Made by a program: the position numbers and the translations under genes. A stretch of 64,000 nt of DNA from Macrostomum lignano (taxonomy: Eukaryota). Every line of letters begins with the position of its first letter. Position 1 is the first letter of the stretch. The notes beneath the pieces are model-generated. The model did no database searches and was not told the DNA's origin. It saw only the letters and a list, made by a program, of their open reading frames with translations. The stretch lies in assembly GCA_002269645.1 (NCBI GenBank), contig NIVC01001014.1, positions 62,001-126,000 on the forward strand. Direction: 5' to 3'. Positions 1-13,100 of this stretch are shown in pieces.

Positions 1-1814
1 ATCATTTTATATTGTTTTCTTAATTTGTATCTAGATAATTCGTAAGCCTGAATTTGTATGCGCTGAGTATGCATGTATGTCTCAATCAATAATGGCTTAA
101 GAGTAACTGCATGCAACATTTTTATTGCAAATATACTTGATTCTTGTATTTTTACAACTTTGGGCTTATGAAATAAAAGTACATGTACTATGATAATGAA
201 ACTCTACACAGCTATATAACAGAGTAACATGCTGTGCATGCTAACTTAAAAGAATGGTAAGCTGCACTGCCCCAGTCATTGATTTTGTGATTGATGTAAA
301 ATGATTTTTCCTATCTCCGCAGTGTATTTTTCTAGGAAATCGGCCTTCAAAAAAATTACACGATCTTTGAGTGTAGCGTCGTGACATATGTGCTAGTGGT
401 CCTTGGCACGTTTTTAAGAGCAGACTGCCACTCGTATCAAATCCTGACTGTTGGCAATTCGAATTAATTAACTATTCTGCTGGTTTAACAATTTCCCATT
501 GGCGCCAGTGTATTTCAATACACCCTTGTGCGCCAATCAGCACCTTGCGTTTCAGTGCTGCCTTGTCAAGCCTCTGGACCTGGAAGCTTTTGGACCTTCA
601 ACAGGTGGCACCAGGGTGACACAAGGGGATAGAGGTCCTTCAACGGGTGACACAAGAGGCAACCAATCGAGCTTAGTGCCTAACTTACATATTATTTATG
701 AAGCATCAAATTCATATAAGAAAGTAACAAAGAAGAAATTAAAGAAGATTTGTCGTCTGTATAAAAGTTGAAATGAAATATTAATAAAATACGCGTTTGC
801 AACGACTGTGCAATTGTTGTGAGCCGGACAGAGAAAAGTAACAATTTAATTAAAATTTATTTAAGTAACACAACGAGATTTTCAGCCAGCAGTGACAGAA
901 CAAGTTTTAAATTTATTATTATGTTATTATTTAACAGTTAATTAATTTATTACTATGGCAGAATTTTGATAGAAAATTGATAGTATCGCCTTACAACATA
1001 AAGTTGTATTAATATACTATAAAATAAAGTTATAAACTTTACTTATTTGCATTTCAGTTGACATAATAATAAGAATTGACTGGCTGACTATGACACAATA
1101 TTAATCAATAGCCTGATAAATAGAGACACACAACAGCGATATTTCAAACGGATATACGTCGCTACGGTATAAAGAAAAAGCAGCGCCTAGATACTTAAGA
1201 ACTACTAATAGTAGATACACCAACTACTGAATAAAAGTAACAGTTTTTTGCAATATTTTGTCAATATTAAAAAAACACAGTCAGTTTTGATTTATTTGCA
1301 TTCGGTGCGGTTCAAATAATAAGCATTACGGCTACATTTTATTACTATTATATTTATATAAAGCAAAAAAATAAATATACAATAGTTACTGAAGTCAAAT
1401 TATTTATTTATTGCTTGGAAAAAAGGCATTGGTCTATTATTTGAGTGTGTGTGACAGGAAAGAAATGCACAATACGATTAATATGAATATGCATTAACCT
1501 TTTCGTTTTAGTTTTAACAGTACATGCAAATTCACAAACAAAGAACACAAGACAGATTACTTAGTTGTAAGTAGTACAGTTGGAATTGCTGTCAAGAATA
1601 ATTACAAGACAAAATTTAAATTATTAGCCAACGAAATGGACGAGGGAAGGAACAAAATTTTAACAAAATTACATAAAGATAATTATTCAATTAACTGCTT
1701 GAATTCCATTTGCGAAAGTAAAATGGGCTGCACATGTCGCCACACTTCTGATAATTAATTACCAACTTTATACTAAACTTGGTTTATGATTTCTATTATA
1801 ACTGGAATGTACAT

Positions 1815-2490
1815 AAACTCTACCCCCCATATCTTAGAACTGGAACCAATGTACATTGCCTCTCTATCCCCATATCTTAGAACTGGAACCAATGTACATT
1901 GCCTCTCTATCCCCATATCTTAGAACTGGAACCAATGTACATTGCCTCTCTATCCCCATATCTTAGAACTGGAACCAATGTACATTGCCTCTCTATCCCC
2001 ATATCTTAGAACTGGAACCAATGTACATTGCCTCTCTATCCCCATATCTTAGAACTGGAACCAATGTACATTGCCTCTCTATCCCCATATCTTAGAACTG
2101 GAACCAATGTACATTGCCTCTCTATCCCCATAGCTTAGAACTGGAACCAATGTACATTGCCTCTCTATCCCCATAGCTTAGAACTGGAACCAATGTACAT
2201 TGCCTCTCTATCCCCATAGCTTAGAACTGGAACCAATGTACATTGCCTCTCTATCCCCATAGCTTAGAACTGGAGCCAATGTACATTGCCTCTCTATCCC
2301 CATAGCTTAGAACTGGAACCAATGTACATTGCCTCTCTATCCCCATAGATTAGAACTGGAGCCAATGTACATTGCCTTTATCCCCATAGCTTAGAACTGG
2401 AACCAATGTACATTGCCTCTCTATCCCCATAGCTTAGAACTGGAACCAATGTACATTGCCTCTTTATCCCCATAGCTACAACTGGAACCC
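1815..2490. repeat. 43-bp minisatellite, about 15 copies
   Basis: Unit AACTGGAACCAATGTACATTGCCTCTCTATCCCCATA(T/G)CTTAG; lies in the putative last intron or 3' region of BAZ1B. Confidence 0.95.
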
Positions 2491-2658
2491 GTCATTGTTC
2501 ATTAACTCTTGATCTTCCAAATCTTCCAAAAAGTGCGGCAATGTACCTATTGCTTTGGTTTGCTCAAAATATACCACAAAAAATTAAAGTACATAAGCCC
2601 TATACCCTAGAGTGCCTAGTAATAATATTTAGAACCTATTACAAAGTAAACTTGGCAA

Positions 2659-5600
2659 TCAAATATAGAAGCTACGCCTCGGATACCGGCCAATCAAATC
2701 GTGCTGATTCAGCAATTTCGCCAGCTGCTGCTCCAGCCGGAGAGCGCAGTTCAATTCCTCGCTATTAGCCGGATTATACTCGGTAGCGTTGCCGAATAGC
2801 AGGGCAAAATCCGACATCAGCTGATCGGCATTGGCGTAGCCGCCGCGTTGCTGTCGCTTGCGCATGTCCAACAGGCACATCGGCTTAGAGACAATCTGAT
2901 AATAGTCGGGCGCATCCTTGGGATCGACAGGATCAACGAATGGCCAGGCGTCTTTGTGCCGATAGATTTTATCTAGCAGAGCTTTGCACAGCCTCTGCTG
3001 CTGCTCCTGCTGATCTGGCGCTAATCTGGCGCGCTTGCCGGGCGGCTGCTTGGCGCCGCCGCTGCTGTAGCGAACGCGCTTGCCGCGAACTTTCTCTTCT
3101 TCAGCCTCTTGTTCCAGTCGTTGGTCTTCGTCTTCACTATCTGCCGCAGTTTTCGAAGATCGTTTCGAAATTTTCTGCTTTGAAGAAGCAGCAGCAGCAG
3201 AAGTGGAAGCAAGCGAATGACGACGATTGCTGACCGCCGGCTGTTGCTTCTTCGAGCCGCGCCGATTGCTTTCGGAAGCAACAGAAGAGGCTGACTTCCT
3301 GCCGCGCTTAGCCGGCGGAGCAGCGGCTCCAGACCTTTTGCTAGCTTTCTGCGTCTTCAAACCGGAAGATGTGGAAGATCGCTGCTTTGACCGCGACTTC
3401 GCCGCGACGGCTTCTTCCTCAGCATCGTCGCTCCCAGACTCCTCTTCTTCATCTTCATCGTCTTGCTGGTCATCAACTTCCATGCCTTCATCGTCGCTGG
3501 AGTTGTCTGGCGCAGCTTCTTCTTCTTCGTCATCATCGTCTTCCTCGTCTTCGAGCTCCTCCTCCTCTTCTGTTTCTTCGTTAGCCTCGTGCTCAACCTC
3601 GTTCTCTTCATCTTCCTCATCGGCAGTCTCCGCCTCTTCTTCCTCATCGTTGTCGAATTCGTCCTCACTGACGGCAGCTTTCTTCGACTGAAACGAAGTT
3701 TAATAGTGGCGTTGATGACAGTTTTATCCGTTTCTATCGCTGCAGAAATCAATGTACTTCTCTCTACCCCCCAATGCAGGAATCAATGTACATTCTCTCC
3801 ACCCCCCAATGCAGGAAGCAATGTACATTCTCTCTACCCCCCAATGCAGGAATAAATGTACATTCTCTCTACCCCCCAATGCAGGAATAAATGTACATTC
3901 TCTCTACCCCCAATGCAGGAATCAATGTACGTTCTCTCTACCCCCCAATGCAGGAACCAATGTACATTCTCCCTATTTCCAATGCAGGAATCAATGTGCA
4001 TTCTCTCTACCCCTAATGTAGGAATAAATGTACATTCTCTCTGACTCCCCACTACAGGAATCAATCTACATTCTCTCTGACTCCCCACTACAGGAATCAA
4101 TCTACATTCTCTCTGACTCCCCACTACAGGAATCAATCTACATTCTCTCTGCCCCCACTGCAGGAACCAATGTACATTCTCTCTACCCCCACTGCAGGAA
4201 TTAATGTACATTCTCTCTACCCCCACTGCAGGAATCAATGTACATTCTCTCTACCCCCCAATGCAGGAATCAATGTACATTCTCTCTACCCCCCAATGCA
4301 AGGAATCAATGTACATTCTCTCTACCCCCACTGCAGGAATTAATGTACATTCTCTCTACCCCCACTACAGGAATCAATGTACATTCTCTCTACCCCCCAA
4401 TGCAGGAATCAATGTACATTCTCTCTACCCCCCAATGCAAGGAATCAATGTACATTCTCTCTACCCTCCAATGCAGGAATCAATGTACATTCTCTCTACC
4501 AGAAAGCAGGAATGAATGTACATTCTCTACCCCTAATGTAGGAATCAATGTACATTCTCTCTGCCTCTTCACTGGAAGCAATTATGTACTCAATCATTAT
4601 CTTGGCAGCCTTCACTTACTCTGCTCTGAGACGACCTTTTTCCATTGACCGCAGCAGATTTCTTAGCAGCTCTTCCAGCGGATCTAGGCCTGCCCCTTTT
4701 GCCGCTGCCACCGTTGCTGCCGGCAGTTTTAGAAACAGATTTACGGTCCTTTCGACAGACGGAACAACGAAATGCCGACCTAGTATTAGACCGCAGCGGC
4801 GGCTCGTGACAGCCTGCATGGTAGTTCGAGCGGCACTGCACGCACTGGATCAGCGGGGCCCCGGCGTGGGCGGAATGATCGCACACCTGACAGCAGGCCC
4901 GCTCGTCGTCGTCAGCTCCTATCCGGTCGTCGTCTTCGTCATTGTCAGCATCGTCGTCGACGTCATCTTCGTCGTAGAAGCCCCTAGATCGACGCTCTCG
5001 CCTACGAGATGTCGAGGACTTTTTGCTACCAGTGGAGCTAGCGGCGCCGGCAGGGGCGCAGGCTAGGCAGTACCAATCCCCGGTTGGCCGCTCAGTCAGG
5101 CGCGGTCGCAAACAGTCGGGATGAAATGCTCGATTACATTTTTCGCATAGCAACAAATTTGGCGGATCGCGTCTAACCCGGCAGACTTGGCATTTGGCAT
5201 TGGCGGTGCTCTTGTCCCAGTTGACGCTGCTGTCTAACACGGACAGTAGGAAGTTTAGGCGGCCCCAGGTGGTGCAAGCAGACACGCTGGCCCGCCACTG
5301 CTCACAGAATTCCGGATCTTTGAACGCGCCGTAGCGGAACCGATCGAGCACGTGTTTTTCAACCTGGAGGTAAATGCGGGTGGAGAATAGGCATCAGATT
5401 AAGTGATGGTCTACAAAAAGAAAACACAGCCAATCAGAGAAGAACAAGATAAGGCAATGGAGCTAGCAGCCAATCAGAGAAGGGCAAGATAAGGCAGTGG
5501 GGCTAGCAGCCAATCAGAGAAGGGCAAGATAAGGCAATGGGGCTAGCAGCCAATCAGAGAAGAACAAGATAAGGCAGTGGGGCTAGCAGCCAGTCAGAGA

Positions 5601-7093
5601 AGAACAAGATAAGGCAGTGGGGCTAGCAGCCAATCAGAGAAGGGCAAGATAAGGCAATGGGGCTAGCAGCCAATCAGAGAAGGGCAAGATAGGGCAGTGG
5701 AGCTAGCAGCCAATCAGAGAAGCGCGAACAGTAGCTCACCAAAAGCATGCAATTAGCCATCTGACTGATGCTAGCGGAATCGCACTGATCCAGCATTTTC
5801 TTTAGCTTAGCCGGATTTGGCACTCCGCCAAGTCCGCCCTGACTTAGTCCGGCCTCGGTTCTGGCCAACTCTTCAGCAAAGACAGAACGCAGATTAGCGA
5901 TAGCCGATAAAGAATCGCCACTAGCGGTTGCTAGGGAAGCTTCCGTGGTCACCTCCGCTGAACGATGCTTAATCTCACGGCGTAGACGAGCAGAGACGCG
6001 ATCGACCTCTCGATGGAGAGCAGATTCACGAACTCCGGTTGGCAACAGGGAGGCCAGCAGTTCGTCCAGTTCAGTCTCAGAGTTCAACTGACGCCAAACA
6101 TTCGGAGCGGAGTCGTCCTCAGTTGGCCAGGTGAGCTCTTCGCAATCGTCTTCTTGAGCACTGTCCGGCTTTGACGATGTCGATGGTTTGGCGTCGGTGT
6201 TCAATTTGGACGGCGATTGCTGTTGCTGCTTTCGCTGCTTGTCGGGCGACTTGCTGTAAAATGTTACCAGGTTAAAAAACATTGGTACTGATGGAGTACT
6301 ACTCAGGTTAATCTTCTAGGGGCGATTCTACAGGGGGTCTAGGGGCGATTCTAGAGGGGGGTCTAGGGGCGATTCTACGGGGTCTAGGGGCGATTCTACG
6401 GGGTCTAGGGGCGATTTTAGGGGGTCTAGTGGCGATTTTAGGTGTCTAGGGGCGATTCTAGGGGGCTCTAGGGGTGATTCTACAGGGGGTCTAAGGGCGA
6501 TTCTAGAGAGGGGTCTAGGGGCGATTCTAGGGGTTCTAAATGCGATTCTAGGGGGTCTAGGAATTATATTATAACTAGGATACACAAGACGGGATCTTAG
6601 CAGACCAACACTCACCCGGACGAAGCTGGGACAGCCTCATCCCCTGACGACCCGCCGGCGGCCCATCCGGTTTCAATCAGCAGCCGGCCAGGTGCGCACC
6701 GCAAATGCCAGTAGCGGGCATGGCCGCGATCTCGGCCAAGCGGCCGGACACGGGTAGCCGCCCGACTGTCCGACATGGCCCGCTCGTATTCGCGATCGGC
6801 CGCGGCGATGGCCGAATCTATGCGGGCCCATTCGGTCTCCTGGGCCCGGCGCTGCCGCTCCGCCTTCTCTCGGACTTCCCGTTCGCGAGCCTGGCGGTTG
6901 TAAGTGATGCAACAGTGCAGGGGCTGAATATTCAGGCAGAGACTGCCATACGGACGGCCAGGCATACGGGTAGATACGGGGAGAGAACAGTAATGACAGA
7001 CACAGGGACAGACAGACAGACACTAAGATAGACACTAAGATAGAAACTAAGACAGACAGACAAACAGACAGACAGACAAACAGAAAGACAGAC

Positions 7094-7162
<69 letters not shown>

Positions 7163-10100
7163 GACAGACAGACAGACAGAGACAGACAAACAGACAGGCA
7201 AACAGAAGAAGCAGTAGCGCACACCCACCTGCTCAGCCAGAGCAATCAGCCTGGAGGACATTTTAACCGACGCGGCCACGGGCGGTTTAGCGGAGTCGTC
7301 GCCGCCGCCAGCCTTCGACGTGGAGGCTCCAGTAGAATTGGAGCCGTTGGCGGCGGCAGCCTGCGCTTTTTCAGTCTTCCGTTTCGCTTTCTCGAGTTTC
7401 AGTCGATCATTCTTAGCTTTAAGAGCGGCAACGCGCTTCTTGTGCGCCGCCGTGGCCCGCTGGACGCAATCGTCGATGTAATCCGCGAGCACGTCGGATT
7501 TGAGCAGCTTCTCAGTGAGCTGCTCCAATACGGATAATTTGTCCTCGACAGATAAATCCTGCAGTTCGAAGCGTTCCATTCGTTCTAATAGGCTGGCCAG
7601 TTCCGGGGTCAGCTTATCGTCTTCGTCATCTTCTTTCTCGTCGTCGTTGTCGTCTTCGTCATCTTCGTCGCCGCCGTTGCGACGTCCGTCGTTGTCATCG
7701 TCGTTATTGTCAGCATCCGTGTTCTCAGCGTCGTCATCCTCGTCATCGCGCTTTCGCTTCTTGTCTCGACTTTTTTGCTTGCCGCTGTTGCTTGTGGAAG
7801 CGGCGCCGCCGTTAAGCGCCTTCTCGGCTGCGGCTGAAGATCGGGCAGAGGGTAGGCAGGGTAGGCAGGGTAGGGTCGGTTGCAGCGCTACTGTTAGACA
7901 GGGATGAGACTAGATATGGATTGTTAACACTTGTAAGACACGGACTGCTAACACCTGTAGGACACGGACTACTAACACCTGTTAGACACGGACTGCTAAC
8001 ACCTGTAGGACACGGACTACTAACACCTGTTAGACAAGGACTACTAACACCTGTTAGACAAGGACTACTATTAACACCTGTTAGAGACAGACTACTAACA
8101 CCTGTTAGACAAGGACTACTATTAAACACCTGTTAGAGACAGACTACTAACACCTGTTAGAGACAGACTACTAACACCTGTTAGAGACAGACTACTAACA
8201 CCTGTTAGAGACAGACTACTAACACCTGTTAGACACTGACTACTATTAACACCTGTTAGAGACAGACTACTAACACCTGTTAGACACTGACTACTATTAA
8301 CACCTGTTAGAGACAGACTACTAACACCTGTTAGACACTGACTACTATTAACACCTGTGAGAGACAGACTACTAACACCTGTTAGACACTGACTACTATT
8401 AACACCTGTTAGAGACAGACTACTAACACCTGTTAGACACTGACTACTATTAACACCTGTGAGAGACAGACTACTAACACCTGTTAGACACTGACTACTA
8501 TTAACACCTGTTAGAGACAGACTACTAACACCTGTTAGACAAGGACTACTATAAACACCTGTTAGAGACAGACTACTAACACCTGTTAGACACTGACTAC
8601 TATTAACACCTGTGAGAGACAGACTACTAACACCTGTTAGACACTGACTACTATTAACACCTGTTAGAGACAGACTACTAACACCTGTTAGACACTGACT
8701 ACTATTAACACCTGTTAGAGACAGACTACTAACACCTGTTAGACACTGACTACTATTAACACCTGTGAGAGACAGACTACTAACACCTGTTAGACACTGA
8801 CTACTATTAACACCTGTGAGAGACAGACTACTAACACCTGTTAGACACTGACTACTATTAACACCTGTTAGAGACAGACTACTAACACCTGTTAGACACT
8901 GACTACTATTAACACCTGTTAGAGACAGACTACTAACACCTGTTAGACAAGGACTACTATAAACACCTGTTAGAGACAGACTACTAACACCTGTTAGACA
9001 CTGACTACTATTAACACCTGTGAGAGACAGACTACTAACACCTGTTAGACACTGACTACTATTAACACCTGTTAGAGACAGACTACTAACACCTGTTAGA
9101 CACTGACTACTATTAACACCTGTTAGAGACAGACTACTAACACCTGTTAGACACTGACTACTATTAACACCTGTGAGAGACAGACTACTAACACCTGTTA
9201 GACACTGACTACTATTAACACCTGTGAGAGACAGACTACTAACACCTGTTAGACACTGACTACTATTAACACCTGTTAGAGACAGACTACTAACACTGGT
9301 TTAGCTACATTCACAAATCTATAATATTAGACATGAGTTTTATAGTGTACTATTAGATATAGCAATCCTACCTTCTTCGCTTCGCTTCCTCGGTGCAAGC
9401 AGCACCCTGGCCATCTCGGCGGCAGTATACTCGCTAACAGGCATATCAGTTAACAGCGTGCCAAGTTCTCTTCTACCGCCGGCAATATTTTCATCTTGTA
9501 GCAGAGCTCTTAATAGCATAGTTAACAATTTGCTTAAATAAGCGTAACCGCTAGGCTCCTTAGACACCAGGGCTGCTAGGAGATTATCAACTGACAATGG
9601 GATATTTTCATCGCCAACTGTAGCAACCACCCCAGCAACATCGTCGTTAGCAGAAGCGGCGACAGAGTTCGGGCCGCTAGCAACCGACGGAGCTAGCAGA
9701 GGCCGGTAGGCGCACATAAATTCGGCCAGCATAGCAGCTCGGCCCAGCTCGCTAGGCGGAAAATCCGGCGGTAATTCAATCGGCTTAGCCGTTGGCAGGC
9801 TTTTGGTCTCGGCTGATAGCAGCAGGCTGTCTTCGAAGCGGCGCTTCTTAGCGTCTAGCGTCATCTGCGAGCGTTTGTGCGTGGGCGGGTTGTCAATATA
9901 ACACGATATGTATTCGCTGCATATTTAACTTTGATGATAGCCGCTTTAATGTTTGTAGCTTAACTTATTATTGTATTGTCTATGGCTGTCGTCGGCACTT
10001 TGTATTTCATTACTGGCCTATGGGGTATGGGATTAAACTGGCTGTAGGATTCTGATTAGGGATAGGGATAATTTGAACTGGCTATGGCTTCTAATTAGGG

Positions 10101-13100
10101 ATGGGGATAACTAAACTGGCGATGGGATTCTAATTAGGGATGGGGATAACTAAACTGGCGATGGGATTCTGATTAGGGATGGGGATAACTAAACTGGCTA
10201 TGGGATTCTGATTAGGGATGGGGATAACTAAACTGGCTATGAGATTCTAATTAGGGATGGGAATAACTAAACTGGCTATGGGATTCTAATTAGGGGTGGG
10301 GATAACTAAACTGGCTATGGGATTCTGATTAGGGATGGTGATAACTAAACTGGCTATGAGATTCTAATTAGGGATGGGGATAACTAAACTGGCTATGGGA
10401 TTCTGATTAGGGATGGGGATAACTAAACTGGCTATGGGATTATGGTTCAGTAGGGATATCTTAACTGGCTATGGGATTCTGGTTTAGGTGGGGATATCTT
10501 AACTGGCTATGGGATTCTGGTTTAGGTGGGGATATCTTAACTGGCTATGGGATTCTGGTTTAGTGTGGATATCTTAACTGGCTATGGGATTATGGTTCAG
10601 TAGGGATATCTTAACTGGCTATGGGATTCTGGTTTAGTGGGGATATCTTAACTGGCTATGGGATTCTGGTTTAGTGGGGATATCTTAACTGGCTATGGGA
10701 TTCTGGTTTAGTGGGGATTAACTGGCTATGGGATTCTGGTTTAGTGGGGATATCTTAACTGGCTATGGGATTCTGGTTTAGTGGGGATATCTTAACTGGC
10801 TATGGGATTCTGGTTTAGTGGGGATATCTTAACTGGCTATGGGATTCTGGTTTAGTGGGGATATCTTAACTGGCTACAGGATTTTTAATCCAACAATTAG
10901 GGATAGTTAAACTAGTTATGGGACTATAAATGTACATTTTAAAAGTTACATTTCTACAGAGCAAACGAATACAAAGACTCTAACCTTAGCTTTAAGCTTG
11001 GCCTCCTCTCGTTTAGCCTTCTTATACTCCTCACGCTGCTCCGGCGTCATGGCTTCAATGCGTTTCCTCTCGTTAAGCCTGGCCTGCACAGCTCGCAGGC
11101 GTTCCCGAACAGCCATCGGCAGTGCGGTGACCTGACGCTCAGTTAACACCTGGGCGCATTTATTAAGCAGCACTTTAATCATCTGTTCTGACCGTTCCAT
11201 TTTAACTGCTCGAACTAGCTTTAATCCAATTGGTGGCAATTGTTGCAGAGCTCGACTACTTGGAGTTTTACTACCGGAAGCCGTAGCGCCGCCTGGCATC
11301 ACCTTGAACGGCGATTTGCCCTGCAAAAAGAAATTGTTTTATATTTACGTATAGGACTACTAATTTAGCTAGCTAAGTAGTCTGAGAGCATTATAAGTTA
11401 AGAAGACTTGGTTTGGGTTAGTAACTTAGTACACGCACACTTATTATATAGTCTTTTAAAATCAATTATAATTCGCAAGCCAAGTTGTCTAGTCATTCGC
11501 CGACAGTGTTATAAGTTAAGCAAAGTCGGTTTGGGTTAGTACATAGTTTAATATGCCATAAATACTTCTCAGAAAATACATGATACTACTACTTTTCAAG
11601 TCGATAAGTAGTGTAGTTTAGTTGATCTCGGTTAGATACAACTCTACGAGTTAGTGGTTCCTGACACAAATTTGTACAACATAGAGAACAAGCAAAGCGC
11701 CTATTTGAGCTGACCTTCAAGTCGAACAGCGTCATTTGCTTCATCTTCTTGCCGCCGGCGCCAGCGGCGGCTGACGATCCGGCGGCGTCTTTGCGCCGCT
11801 TCTTTGACGAACCAGCACCAGCCGTGTCGCCGTTAGCAGTGGGAGCGGCATTGGCACCGCCGGATTTTCTCGCCGCCGGCAAGCCGTCCAGTTTGCGTAA
11901 GGCGTCAATCTCAGATTCGACGCTATTTAGCATAACCTGATGCTTATCCAATACTAAATCGGCAATTTTCGGGCGCAATCGATACTTCTTAACTAGATCC
12001 TCGTCGACAATCCACGGGCCCGTGTTGTTGGAGCCGTAGCGCAGGGCGCTGGCCCGAATGAATAGGCGAATATTCTCCTTCGACGGCATGCGTGTCTCGC
12101 GGCTAAAGAATTATTAAGACAGCACAAAAAAGATGATAATATTCTTTACTTGCCTACTGTTAGTAGATAAAATCTGGAATTTAAGCGCGTCACTTACACA
12201 ATGGCTGAAGCTGGAACCCGAGAAATCACCTGGTGCTCGTCGTCGTCCAATTGAATTGCGTAGGTGAATGGCAACTAAAATAAATTAAAGCAAGGAAATC
12301 TGTGTGTTTAGACTTAGTCGCATAATAAGATAACCGATATGTATCGTAGACAACTTTTTACACTACAATTAACATGAGCGCGGATGAAAAATTCGAATTA
12401 AATAAAAAACAAAACCGGTTTTGTCTTTGTATGGAGTCAATGGGATCCCATTCAGAGGGAATCGCAATCAGTGGGAATCCAAATCAGTGGGAATCCCCTA
12501 TCAAAGGGAATCAGCAGTCAATGGGAATCCCAGTCAGTAAGGAATCCCAGTCGGTAAGGAATCCCAGTCAGTAAGAAATCCCAATTAGTGGGAATCCCCA
12601 GTAAGTGGGAATCCCGTCAGTGGGAATTCCAATCAATGGGAATCCCAGTCAGTTGGAATTCCCAGTCAGTGGGAATCCCCAGTCAGTGGGAATCCCCAGT
12701 CAGTGGGAATCCCCAGTTAGTGGAAAGCCCCAGTCAGTGGGAATCCCCAGTTAGTGGAAAGCCCCAGTCAGTGGGAATCCCCAGTCAGTGGGAATCCTCA
12801 GTCAGTGGAAATCCCCAGTCAGTGGAATCCCACTTGCACTCACCAGAGTAACCTTCTGTGGTGGACTTTTATTTTTATTCTCCTTATCTTGACCGGGCGA
12901 TTCAGATTTCTTATCGGCTGATGTAGCGCCAGCTGCAGAGGCGCCGGCTTCATCTTTAGCCGGAGAAGCAGTAGCAGAACCGCTGCAACCATTCTGGTTG
13001 CTATTAGAAGCAGTAGAAGCGTTAGCTGCCGCTGTGGCCGAAGTAGAGGCAGATTCAGCGCCAGCAGACGAAGCGGATGGTGAAGTTGCCTGCGGTACCG

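Noticed and set aside
499-771. 90-aa ORF at the window start
   Set aside because: TTG start, no recognisable motif and no supporting splice structure.
2940-7907. Plus-strand Ser/Leu-rich ORFs (3227-3691, 3463-3855, 4548-5066, 7500-7907)
   Set aside because: They are antisense shadows of the acidic and low-complexity BAZ1B exons.
9865-9943. Alternative upstream acceptors (9916, 9928, 9943) for BAZ1B exon 7
   Set aside because: All are in the wrong phase for the donor at 10985; the CAG directly before 9864 is in phase.
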